Positions 37,825 through 47,324 of a DNA stretch of 64,000 nucleotides are shown piece after piece. Each line of letters starts with the position of its first letter. The first letter of the stretch is position 1. The position numbers and the translations under genes are program-made. The DNA is from Bdellovibrio sp. (GTDB taxonomy: Bacteria > Bdellovibrionota > Bdellovibrionia > Bdellovibrionales > Bdellovibrionaceae): the NCBI GenBank assembly GCA_036677065.1, contig JAKFBS010000003.1, positions 64,001 through 128,000 on the forward strand, read 5' to 3'. The notes under the pieces were generated by a model, which saw only the letters and a list, made by a program, of their open reading frames with translations, was not told where the DNA came from and did no database searches.

Positions 37825-39234
37825 ATGAAACTTTCACAACTTTTTGTAGCTGCATTACTTGTATCACAAACTGCGGCCGCTATTTCGATTGATTGGACTG
37901 GTGGCTACCGCGCTGAATACACTGGTGTAAATAGCACTTCTTTGGCAAATCAGAAATTAGGCAAAAGCTACGCACTTAATTTTTTATACTTACAACCTCG
38001 CATCATCGGTTCTGATGGCATCAATATCCACAGTCGTTTTGATGTGATGGCAAGCCAATTGCCAGCTTATAAAAACTCACAAATGGGTTCGATCATCGGT
38101 ACAGGATTAAATGATGGTTCAGCTGGCGCAAATGGAACAAATGCGACTTCGCAAAACCAAAATTCATCTTCTATTCAAGTTAGCCAATTATATTTAAACG
38201 TAAATCATGAATATGGTTCGTTATTAGTTGGTCGCGCTCCGGTTGAATTCGGTATTGGTATCACACATAACGCGGGTAAAGGCCAATTTGATCACTGGAT
38301 GGATACGAAAGAAGTTATTTCGTACCGTTTTGTTGTTGATAACTTATCAATTGCGCCAATGATTGCGCGTGTATCACAAGATGATTTCGGTGGTGGCGTA
38401 GCAACTGACCAAATCTATATTTTAGAGTACAATAATAAAGATGCAGGTTCGCGTGCAGGGTTATTTCATCAGACACGTTCTGCAGGGCCAGCCTACAATG
38501 ATTACGGTGCGGCTGAATTGCCAAGTGGCGTTACATCTGCAACTACAGGTTTAAAAACTCAAACAGTTAATATTTTCTTAGAAAGAAAATGGTCTGCGTT
38601 TGAATTTAAAATCGAAGCCAGCTTCTTAACTGGTAACACAGGTGTAACAAACGCTGCAGCTGCAGAAATCAAAGTTGATTCATACGCAGTTGTTATGGAA
38701 GGTTTATTTCCTCCGGGCGAAAGCTCTTGGGAATATTCTGGTAAAGCCGGTGTTGTCAGTGGTGATAACCCAGATACAGCAGACACTTACGAAGGTTACA
38801 TCTTAGATCGCAATTATGATTTAGGATTTTTATTATTTAATCACCGTTTAGGTTCAGCAGACATTATCGGAACATCTCCGCTGCATGCAAATGATGGGGC
38901 AAGTGGTTTAAGTACGCAAAATTCTGCAGATGATGAAGCCGTAACAAATGCGATGTTCTTAGCACCCACTGTGAAGTATGCTTACGATGATCAAGTCGAT
39001 CTAAAGGCAACGATTGTTTACGCTCAATTAATGAATGCAAAGAAATTTGTAGACATGAAAAAAGACTTGGGCCTAGAATTAGATGTAGAGCTTGTCTATA
39101 AACCGCGTGAACGCGTAACGTGGTCGACAGGTTTAGGAGTGTTGTTTCCCGGTGCCGCTTGGGAAGGTGGAACAAACAGCTTCGATAGTAAGACAACATA
39201 TGGATTAACGACTAGAGCCGCCATCACCTTTTAA
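37825..39234 (+). CDS. Outer-membrane beta-barrel protein (porin-like)
   Basis: Signal peptide, amphipathic beta strands, LGLELD, C-terminal Phe. Confidence 0.8.
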   Translation: MKLSQLFVAALLVSQTAAAISIDWTGGYRAEYTGVNSTSLANQKLGKSYALNFLYLQPRIIGSDGINIHSRFDVMASQLPAYKNSQMGSIIGTGLNDGSAGANGTNATSQNQNSSSIQVSQLYLNVNHEYGSLLVGRAPVEFGIGITHNAGKGQFDHWMDTKEVISYRFVVDNLSIAPMIARVSQDDFGGGVATDQIYILEYNNKDAGSRAGLFHQTRSAGPAYNDYGAAELPSGVTSATTGLKTQTVNIFLERKWSAFEFKIEASFLTGNTGVTNAAAAEIKVDSYAVVMEGLFPPGESSWEYSGKAGVVSGDNPDTADTYEGYILDRNYDLGFLLFNHRLGSADIIGTSPLHANDGASGLSTQNSADDEAVTNAMFLAPTVKYAYDDQVDLKATIVYAQLMNAKKFVDMKKDLGLELDVELVYKPRERVTWSTGLGVLFPGAAWEGGTNSFDSKTTYGLTTRAAITF

Positions 39235-39242
39235 GATTACTT

Positions 39243-39360
39243 ACAACGTGATGACAGCATGTACGACAGCTTAGGATGACAACTTGAACACAGAATGTGT
39301 ACTACAGCTGGTGATGTTGGCTTGAGCAGGGCCGGCGGGGGGAAACTCCCGCCGGATTTT
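39243..39360 (+). ncRNA. Candidate sRNA/3'UTR element with six ACARC-like repeats and a GC-rich GAAA hairpin
   Basis: ACAAC/ACAGC/ACAGA at 39243, 39254, 39266, 39279, 39290, 39304; hairpin CCGGCGGGGG-GAAA-CTCCCGCCGG followed by ATTTT. Confidence 0.35.
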
Positions 39361-39412
39361 CGAAAAGCTAAACGCCGCAGTAAGACAACAAGTTTAAGTT
39401 TCTAAACAAACG

Positions 39413-39446
39413 AAAAAAGCCAACTTGTTACGGTTGGCTTTTTTTT
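39413..39446. terminator. Bidirectional intrinsic terminator
   Basis: AAAAAAGCCAAC-N8-GTTGGCTTTTTTTT. Confidence 0.85.
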
Positions 39447-39470
39447 ATTTAAATTCAAATTTCGTAAATC

Positions 39471-40943
39471 TTAGTTGTTACCCATCGTGCGAGCACCGCG
39501 AGTGCCACCGTTTGAAGTGTTTGAAGGCGCACCTACGCGAACTCCAGACGAAGAGTTGTCTAAGAAACTCCATTGTGGAGGGTTCGAAGCTCCAACTTTA
39601 GTCGTTGTTGTAGCTTGACCGCGAGTACCAGCATTTGGAATCGAAGTTGGAGTTCCTGTTGTTGCACCACCGCGAGTGTTACCGCGAGTTGGATTTTCAA
39701 CTTTTTCAGGAGTCGTCGTTGTACCCGTTGAACCTTGAACACCCATTGAAGCAAATAAACTCTTCATTTGTGGCATGTAGTTTGTTTGGTAGTATCTAGA
39801 AAAGCTAGTGTCTTCAGAGAAAGCATCAGATGTGCGTGCTGCTGCCGAGTAAACATCAACCATTTGTCCAAGTTCAGTTTGAGCTTGTTGCGCTTCGCCC
39901 ATTAATTGTAAGTACTCTCCGGCTTGTTGCGGTTTGTTTTTTAATGTATCAGCCAATTTGTACTGTTGGTTGATAGCTTGAGCGCGAGTTTTAGTTTCGT
40001 TTTGAATTGCCGTTAAAATATTTTGGCGAATTACACCGTACTCAGAAGGTAAACCGTCGAATACATCTTGTAATGTGCTCATAGCTTGTTGTGGCGTGAT
40101 TTCATTATTGAATAACATTTTGCTTAACTCAGCGCCTACTACGTTTTTAAAGTAACGTTGTGCTACGCTTGCAGGAATCGCGTTACGGCCAGAGTAGCGA
40201 GAAGCAGCGTTGTTAAATTCACGAGTTAAACACTCTAATTTAGTTTCAGAAGTAGTCACTTCGCAACGGTCTTTGATATCATCCATTTTATCTTCGAATT
40301 TAGCGATACGGTCTTCTTTTTTAACTCTTTCTTTTTCATTTTTAACACATTTTAAACGGTCACGTTTTTGCGTGCGAGTTTCAGGCTTACCGTCTTCAGT
40401 AAAATCACAGTCATAGTCAGCCTCAGCAGCCGCTACAACTGTAGCTGAAGCAGTCACTGCCGCAGCAACTTGAGACGTTGGAGCTACGCGAGAAGTAGCA
40501 GAAACTAAGTTTGCAGCAAATTTTTCTAATGTAGCCATATCTAAGACCACTGATTTACAAGAACCATCAGCGCATGTGCCTGTAGCTAAGACTTTACCTT
40601 CACGCATGAAGTTAACTTCTTTACCTGTGTTGTCTACCGCTGGTTTTTCTGCAGTTTTTGGTAATGCCGTTGGTGAAACAACAGCCGTAGGTGAAACTGT
40701 AGCAGTTGGTGATACTGATTTAGTAGTTACAGTAGGTGAAGCTGAAGTTGTAGTTACTGTTGAAGTGCCGCGAGTTCCGCGTGCTCCGCCAGATGTTTCA
40801 GCCGCTGTTAGAGACATTTCAAAAACTCCACTGTTTTCTAAATCAGCTACAACTAAAGAGTTAGTTTGAAAACTGTAGTTAGCACCAAGAACCGCTAGTA
40901 AGGCAGTTGTTAATAACCATTTTGGGGCTTGTTGATGTTTCAT
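39471..40943 (-). CDS. Hypothetical exported protein with Thr-rich SPT repeats and TRG motifs
   Basis: ATG 40943 after GGAGG; hydrophobic N-terminus; low-complexity ends. Confidence 0.8.
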   Translation of the reverse strand: MKHQQAPKWLLTTALLAVLGANYSFQTNSLVVADLENSGVFEMSLTAAETSGGARGTRGTSTVTTTSASPTVTTKSVSPTATVSPTAVVSPTALPKTAEKPAVDNTGKEVNFMREGKVLATGTCADGSCKSVVLDMATLEKFAANLVSATSRVAPTSQVAAAVTASATVVAAAEADYDCDFTEDGKPETRTQKRDRLKCVKNEKERVKKEDRIAKFEDKMDDIKDRCEVTTSETKLECLTREFNNAASRYSGRNAIPASVAQRYFKNVVGAELSKMLFNNEITPQQAMSTLQDVFDGLPSEYGVIRQNILTAIQNETKTRAQAINQQYKLADTLKNKPQQAGEYLQLMGEAQQAQTELGQMVDVYSAAARTSDAFSEDTSFSRYYQTNYMPQMKSLFASMGVQGSTGTTTTPEKVENPTRGNTRGGATTGTPTSIPNAGTRGQATTTTKVGASNPPQWSFLDNSSSGVRVGAPSNTSNGGTRGARTMGNN

Positions 40944-40971
40944 ATGTCCTCCGTTTGATAATGAACATAAT

Positions 40972-40987
40972 TGCGAACCTGGCACCA
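40972..40987 (-). promoter_or_regulatory. Sigma54 promoter candidate
   Basis: Minus strand TGGTGCCAGGTTCGCA, GG-N10-GC, 28 nt upstream of ATG. Confidence 0.55.
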
Positions 40988-41167
40988 TGTCTTAGACTGA
41001 GTCATAAGCTACAAGTGCTGAATATCAGAGGGAAATTGACGATTTTTTTTTCGTTTCACTCTGAGACTGGTGTCAAACTTCATGTTTGGAACAAAAAAAG
41101 TCATACAGAGCCTGTGTCAGAGTAAAGAAAACTAAAGAGTGACACCCAAGATCACGATGATGAATAC

Positions 41168-42784
41168 ATGAGAAACTATTTATTGCTGTTTACTGTATTG
41201 CTGTTGGCCTCTTGTGAGACATTTAAAAATGTTCAACGTAATATATCGAGTGTGAAGCCTAAGATGTACATCATCACGATGCATGGAATAAGTGGATCAG
41301 CCGCGACTTTTCTTGGGCTTTTACCTGCTTTAGAAGAGCATTTAAGCCAGATCAACCCTAATTATGAATATGTTCCATTGAATTTTACATACTCAAGCGG
41401 TGAAAAGGGTGCCGAGATCGAACGTTTTGTCAGTGAATTTGAAAACTTTTTGATTAAAGAAATTCCAGTCTTAAATGAAGGTGATAAAATCAGTATGGTC
41501 GCGCATTCACAAGGCGGACTTGTTGGTTATGTCTGGTATTTAAAAACCTTAGACGGCGTCGATCTGAGACAAAAAAGTTATCTTGAAAAAATAGATGGTT
41601 TTGTAACCTTGGGAGCCCCGTTTTGGGGTTCACGCACCACCTTTTTATTGAAAAAATTTATTCCGAATGAAGCAATCCAAGATTATATTTTTGATAAAAT
41701 GAAATTTGGCGATCAAGAGCTTATTGATCTAACTGCCGCTTCTGAAAAAATTTATGGTTATTTTAGTAAAATGGCCTCAAAAAATTACGTGAATATTTAT
41801 TACGACCCAAGAATGCTGAATATCGCAGGGGTAGTGCCAGCCACTAAGGGCGAAGAAGCTCCTAAAAATAAGTTTTTAAAGATCATTAATGATTTAAAGA
41901 AAAAAGTAGTGAAGGTTTTTGATTACCGCTTAAACGTAGGTGTGCGCTGGGAATCAGATCAAGCGGTGAATGTGGCGAGTGGCCGTTTAGGTTTTTATTA
42001 CTATTCAGATGCGATCAGGCAGTATATGGAGTTCGATAAACAGCAAAATTTAATGATGACCGATTTTGATTACTCGCGCTTTTTTAAAACTGACCCGAAA
42101 ATGATATTTGTTGAAGCCGTGCACTCTAAAGCTATAGGTTACCCTGACCACGCCATTGCGGCTGTTCCCGAGGCTTGTGTTGAGGCCGATCAATGTAAAC
42201 ACCCCACGTACTTACATGTATTAAAACACTTAGCGAATTGCGAAACACCGCAAAGTCATTGTCAGATGAATCGTTACACAGCAATTGTAAAACAACTTGA
42301 AGTTGCCAAAGCGTCGCTGAGCTTAGAAACAAGCGATATGATTCGTAATGAAATGCGCACCTATAATTTAGGTTTAGATTTAACGCTGCCGAAAAATTTT
42401 ATACCGCCTAAAGAATTATTAGATAGCAAAACGTTAATGAATTACATGAAAGTCGATTATGTTTACGGTGATAATGAGAAAAAACATTTAAAAGATGTTA
42501 AAAAAGACGGCTTAGTTAAAAATGTCGGGCCGGTGAATTATGAAATCCGCATTGGCCGCCGTAATGAATGGGGTTCGCGCATTGTGAATTATTCAGCCGA
42601 AAAAAATCAGCTGAACATTCAACTGACGGGAAGCATTCAATCAAGTAATCCGAATGTGGCTTTTGATGTGACCAAAAAATACCCTTTACAGATGGTTATC
42701 AGCATTCCAGGCCTTAAAAAGCGTAAATTGGTTATCCCGCTCCAGCCGACGTACACAACCTTCTTGGATTTGCAGCTCGATTAA
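41168..42784 (+). CDS. Alpha/beta-hydrolase (lipase-like) lipoprotein
   Basis: Lipobox LASC, MHGISG, VAHSQGG nucleophile elbow, TLGAPFWG. Confidence 0.8.
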   Translation: MRNYLLLFTVLLLASCETFKNVQRNISSVKPKMYIITMHGISGSAATFLGLLPALEEHLSQINPNYEYVPLNFTYSSGEKGAEIERFVSEFENFLIKEIPVLNEGDKISMVAHSQGGLVGYVWYLKTLDGVDLRQKSYLEKIDGFVTLGAPFWGSRTTFLLKKFIPNEAIQDYIFDKMKFGDQELIDLTAASEKIYGYFSKMASKNYVNIYYDPRMLNIAGVVPATKGEEAPKNKFLKIINDLKKKVVKVFDYRLNVGVRWESDQAVNVASGRLGFYYYSDAIRQYMEFDKQQNLMMTDFDYSRFFKTDPKMIFVEAVHSKAIGYPDHAIAAVPEACVEADQCKHPTYLHVLKHLANCETPQSHCQMNRYTAIVKQLEVAKASLSLETSDMIRNEMRTYNLGLDLTLPKNFIPPKELLDSKTLMNYMKVDYVYGDNEKKHLKDVKKDGLVKNVGPVNYEIRIGRRNEWGSRIVNYSAEKNQLNIQLTGSIQSSNPNVAFDVTKKYPLQMVISIPGLKKRKLVIPLQPTYTTFLDLQLD

Positions 42785-42799
42785 GCTATATCTTGGGGT

Positions 42800-44029
42800 G
42801 TGAAGATCAAGTTTGATTCAGCCCCAAAACCTGAAAATATCAACCCATCTGATTGGATGGATTGGAACTGGCAACTGCGCCAGTCGATGAAATCATTAAC
42901 TGATTTTCAAACTCACTTTACGCTTTCTGAAAATGAATCTATCGCATTTCGTTCAAACGAAGCCAAAGATGCCAAACAAGTTTTTAATATTCGCGCAACT
43001 CCGTATTACGCAAGCCTTGCGCACCCAACAGTTGAGCAAGACCCAATTCGCCGAATCTTAATGCCACATGCAGCCGAACTGTCTGAGCAAGTGCAAGCCC
43101 AGCTTGACCCTTTAGGTGAGAGAAAAAATTCGAATAACCCGGTGGCCCGTGTGGTGCATCGATATTCAGATCGCGCCTTGTTTTTAATTACCGATATTTG
43201 CTCGGTGTATTGCAGATACTGCACGCGTAAGCATTTCACTGGCACTGATCAAGCTTTTATTAAAAATTCTGAATACGAAAATGCTTTAGAATATTTTCGT
43301 ACTACCAAGGGCCTTCGCGAAATCATTTTATCAGGCGGTGACCCGCTAACAGTTTCAGATGCGCAGTTAGATCGCGTATTATCTGATCTACGAAAAATTG
43401 AACATATCGAAATTATTCGCATCGGCACACGCATGCCGGTGGTTGCACCAATGCGGGTGACAGAAAACTTGGTTAAAATTTTGCGTAAGCATAAGCCAGT
43501 ATTTTTAATGACTCACTTTAATCACCCTCGTGAACTAACCGCAGAATCAGCACAAGCAGTCGAGATGTTTGTTGATCACGGTATTCCGGTGATGAATCAA
43601 ATGGTTTTATTAAACGGCGTCAACAACCACCCAGCGATTGTGCAAGCATTATCGCGCCGGCTTTTATTCTTACGCGCCAAACCGTATTACATGTTTCAGT
43701 GCGATCCGTCGATTGGCACAGACCATTTACGCACTTCGATTGATGATTCATTAGAAATTCAAAAAGAATTATGGGGTCATTTATCAGGCTTAGCGATGCC
43801 GAATCTTTCTGTGGATATTCCAGATGGTGGCGGTAAAGCTTATTATGTACCTAAGTTTGAAACTTCGGTCACAGAATCAGAGCGTATGTTCACCGGCTTT
43901 GACGGCGTTGAATCTATTTATAAAAATCCAAGGGCAAATAAAATCATAAAACCGATCGATGCTGAGCTGTATCTTCCTGAGTGGGAAGAAGTTAAAGCTG
44001 CGAAGAAAACTGCTCCCACTTTTGCATAA
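42800..44029 (+). CDS. KamA-family radical SAM enzyme (lysine 2,3-aminomutase-like)
   Basis: WMDWNWQL, HRYSDR, CSVYCRYCTR, SGGDPL, HFNHPRE, DIPDGGGK. Confidence 0.9.
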   Translation: MKIKFDSAPKPENINPSDWMDWNWQLRQSMKSLTDFQTHFTLSENESIAFRSNEAKDAKQVFNIRATPYYASLAHPTVEQDPIRRILMPHAAELSEQVQAQLDPLGERKNSNNPVARVVHRYSDRALFLITDICSVYCRYCTRKHFTGTDQAFIKNSEYENALEYFRTTKGLREIILSGGDPLTVSDAQLDRVLSDLRKIEHIEIIRIGTRMPVVAPMRVTENLVKILRKHKPVFLMTHFNHPRELTAESAQAVEMFVDHGIPVMNQMVLLNGVNNHPAIVQALSRRLLFLRAKPYYMFQCDPSIGTDHLRTSIDDSLEIQKELWGHLSGLAMPNLSVDIPDGGGKAYYVPKFETSVTESERMFTGFDGVESIYKNPRANKIIKPIDAELYLPEWEEVKAAKKTAPTFA

Positions 44030-44089
44030 TCCTTAATATAGAGGCCGACTTGAGTCGTTTTGCCTCATGGCATATATTGGGAGGCCAAG

Positions 44090-44779
44090 ATGGCGCAGGT
44101 AGCATCTATTCGTAATGCAAAAAAAGATCATCTATTAACACCTGAAAATTCAGTGATCGCTTTTATTGATTACCAACCGGAACAGTTTCGGGGCGTGGGT
44201 TCAAAATCAACAAGTGAATTATTGCTAAATGTTGTGACGCTTGGAAAAATTGCGAAAGCGTTTGATGTACCGACAGTGGTCACCACCGTGGGTGTTCAGC
44301 TTGGTGTAAATCAGGGAACCCATAAAGATTTAATCGATGCATTACCGCCGCAGATTGAAATTGATCGCACCACTTTAAATTCTTGGGAAGACGAAAATTT
44401 TATCAGCGCGGTCGCACGCACCGGTCGTAAAAAAATAATTATGGCAGGGCTATGGACAGAAGTGTGCGTGGCGTACCCAACGCTTGATGCGATTAAAGAT
44501 GGTTATCAGGTTTATCCGGTGATTGATGCAATTGGCGGAATCACCACAGAAACCCATGAAGCAGCAATTCAAAGAATGATGCAAGCTGGAGCCATTCCCA
44601 TTACAGCATTGGCATTAGCTTGTGAAATGCAGCGCGACTGGGCCCGCGGCCAGGGGCATTCGCTTCGATCTATTATGCAGGATTATTTTAGACAATCGCG
44701 CTTTCTCAAAGAAAAAGCGCGTGAAATGCGTCTGTGGGATAAAGATGATCCTAATAGACCATCGCAAGTAACGCTCTAA
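44090..44779 (+). CDS. Isochorismatase-family hydrolase (YcaC-like)
   Basis: FIDYQP, RTTLNSWED, AGLWTEVCV, ACEMQRDW; ATG 44090 after GGAGG. Confidence 0.9.
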   Translation: MAQVASIRNAKKDHLLTPENSVIAFIDYQPEQFRGVGSKSTSELLLNVVTLGKIAKAFDVPTVVTTVGVQLGVNQGTHKDLIDALPPQIEIDRTTLNSWEDENFISAVARTGRKKIIMAGLWTEVCVAYPTLDAIKDGYQVYPVIDAIGGITTETHEAAIQRMMQAGAIPITALALACEMQRDWARGQGHSLRSIMQDYFRQSRFLKEKAREMRLWDKDDPNRPSQVTL

Positions 44780-47216
44780 GAGTCGTGCGTTCTTGAGAAT
44801 TCTTGGCAGCTTTTAGTTCTGCTTTTAAAACCATTGAGATTTCTTCTGCTGATGCGGCATCTGCAATATTTGCCGCACGGAAAGTCATGAAGCTTGTGAT
44901 CGCTGCTTTTCTTTCATCAATAGATCTAGAGAAATCACCTTGTGTTTTCGTGATAGAAATTTTCTTTAATAATTCAACAACGTAAGTTTCAACATCTAAA
45001 TTAATTTCAGATGAAAAGTAATAAGCATTCGTTTCATCGTGGGCTAAGTTAGCAGCGATGCGCTGGCGAACTTTAGTGAATGTTACAGTTTGCACGTGCG
45101 CAATCACTTCTTTATTTTTTTCTTGAAGTTCATTTAATAATGACACCTGAGCATTTAAATCAAGAGCAGCAAAGTATTTTGTTGTCTGTGCCCAATTCGT
45201 GAATGCGGCTACATTCACTGCTAATTGCGCAAGTGGTGCTGCAGGTGCAGTTTGCTGTGTGTAAATATATTCAAGGCTTGATAGCACTTGGCTGCGAAGA
45301 TTAGCTTCGTTGAACACGGTATTTTCTAAAATACCAGGAGCAACATTTTTTAACGTTTTTAAATTGATCGTCGTTAAATAACGTAAACTATGGGCACCGG
45401 CAAAAGCATAGAAATCAAATAAAGCTGATTCACGTGCAAAAAAGTCATCGCGCACAGTTTCAAAGTCTTCTTTAGTCGCAACTTCTGCAGCTGAACTTAG
45501 TGAAGTTTGAAGATCAGCTAAAGCTTCAGTTAAACTTTTCATAAAACCTAAAGAGTAAGTTGGTTTTTCGATTAACTGAATTGTTTCTAACATCCAGTTG
45601 TAGGGGTTGCTACCGGCATCATAGCGGCTGCACGTAGGATCAACTCCGCCAGCTGTAGCATCAGCTTCTTCATCATCACACGATGGCAGTACTGGGCTGT
45701 CATCTAAAGATTCACCGTTATTGTATACAACATCAATAAATTGGCGATCGTACTCTAAGATCGGACCATTCGCAGAATCGACATGATCAAAAATAGATTT
45801 TTCTAAATTGTAATGGTTGTAATCCATGATGCTTGAAGTGAATTGGCCATTTTCATTAATTAATGAGCCTTTAAAATTGTGGCCCATGCCAAGAGCGTGA
45901 CCGACTTCATGCATGATCACAGCTTTTAAAACATCACGTGCTAAAATATGTAATTCTTCTTTAGATTTTTGCTGACCATTTAACACGATTTTTGAAAGAT
46001 CGCGAAAACAACCAAAACGTAAAGGCGAACCCATGAATGATTTAGAGGCTAACCATTTTTCTTGTTTGGCGATTTTAGCTTCAGCAGCTTCATCGTGATT
46101 GGCAAATTGTCCGTCTGTCCAGTATTCAGTGGCTGTTTTTAACCAAGAAAATGGAATGTAAATATTTGAATGGGATTGAATACCTGTTAACGGGTCAACA
46201 GCTTGTGATTCGTAAGCGGCATCGCCATCTTGCACGTTATCCCAAACAATCACGTTGTAACGAGGATCACCAAGTTTTGCGTGTGCAGGTAACTTACCGG
46301 CAAACACTAAACCATCGCTGCCCCACATTTTTTGAAAGTAGCGATTCCAGCCTTCAACAGAAGTTTGCACATCACGCATGATATCGTCAGGCACATTAGC
46401 TGTGACATACCACTTTACTGATTTAGTTTTTGTAATATCAAATTTAAAAGCCGCAGGTGCAGCTACACGACCTGCATCAGTTTGGCGAAATACCGGAAAC
46501 CAAGCTAAGAATTCAAAACGTTTAGCTAAAGCTTCAGTTTCAGTTAACCATAGTGGTTTAGTTTCAGAATTAACTAAGTTCTCACGCGGAAACAAACTTT
46601 CCATGTGTTCAACAATATCACCTTTTAAAGTTTCAATTGATGATTCCATTAATAAATAATTGCCGTTGGGATCAAACTGAACTGAACGTAACCAAGATGT
46701 GCGTGTTTGATCAGTTTGTGAACCCCAGAACATTTGGCGTAATACTGGCGACGGGTTGCTGACATCAACTGTGATTGTTGTCTCAGTTTCATCTAAAATA
46801 AAAAATTCATTAATTAGACGCTCTGGCTTATTAACATCAGATTCGAATTTCCAAGATTGTTCAGCCACAAGTTGTAAGTAGCGGCCCACTTTACGAAAGA
46901 AAGCGATTTCGTGACCCATAGAATAAACTTGGTCATACAACATTGAATCAGCATCATAGATTGTTGAATGTTGAAGATCGGCACCGTATAAAAAATCACG
47001 ATCAAAGATGGCGCTCTTATTAAACTTAACCGAAGTTTTAACTTCTTTAGTTGAAGGGGTCATGTGTTCGGCCCATTGGCTTGGCTCTGCCGGCTTTGTA
47101 AGTTTATGCGATAATTCAACTTGATCGATATTTGCGACAACTGATTCAGTTGATTTTTTTGCGCAAGCTGAAAAGGTTAAAGCTAAAATGAACGCTAAAG
47201 TAATTTGTAACTTCAT
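44751..47216 (-). CDS. Zinc-dependent metalloprotease lipoprotein (metzincin)
   Basis: Lipobox FSAC, GDPRYNVIVW, DPLTG, HEVGHALGMGHNF, SSIMDY Met-turn. Confidence 0.88.
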   Translation of the reverse strand: MKLQITLAFILALTFSACAKKSTESVVANIDQVELSHKLTKPAEPSQWAEHMTPSTKEVKTSVKFNKSAIFDRDFLYGADLQHSTIYDADSMLYDQVYSMGHEIAFFRKVGRYLQLVAEQSWKFESDVNKPERLINEFFILDETETTITVDVSNPSPVLRQMFWGSQTDQTRTSWLRSVQFDPNGNYLLMESSIETLKGDIVEHMESLFPRENLVNSETKPLWLTETEALAKRFEFLAWFPVFRQTDAGRVAAPAAFKFDITKTKSVKWYVTANVPDDIMRDVQTSVEGWNRYFQKMWGSDGLVFAGKLPAHAKLGDPRYNVIVWDNVQDGDAAYESQAVDPLTGIQSHSNIYIPFSWLKTATEYWTDGQFANHDEAAEAKIAKQEKWLASKSFMGSPLRFGCFRDLSKIVLNGQQKSKEELHILARDVLKAVIMHEVGHALGMGHNFKGSLINENGQFTSSIMDYNHYNLEKSIFDHVDSANGPILEYDRQFIDVVYNNGESLDDSPVLPSCDDEEADATAGGVDPTCSRYDAGSNPYNWMLETIQLIEKPTYSLGFMKSLTEALADLQTSLSSAAEVATKEDFETVRDDFFARESALFDFYAFAGAHSLRYLTTINLKTLKNVAPGILENTVFNEANLRSQVLSSLEYIYTQQTAPAAPLAQLAVNVAAFTNWAQTTKYFAALDLNAQVSLLNELQEKNKEVIAHVQTVTFTKVRQRIAANLAHDETNAYYFSSEINLDVETYVVELLKKISITKTQGDFSRSIDERKAAITSFMTFRAANIADAASAEEISMVLKAELKAAKNSQERTTLRALLAMVY

Positions 47217-47324
47217 GAGAATTCCCCTCGAAAGTGATGGGGATAGTTACCTAACTTAATAGGGAAACTCAATTCTATTTAAGTAATAATACGATAAGTA
47301 AAATTTATGATTCGGATGCTGTTA

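Noticed and set aside
39243..39360. tRNA, SRP RNA or CRISPR array
   Set aside because: No cloverleaf or SRP loop motif; repeats are only 5-6 nt with no spacer structure
42800..44029. KamA radical SAM as part of the peptide system
   Set aside because: Ordinary PLP-dependent aminomutase family, no SPASM domain, 14 kb away
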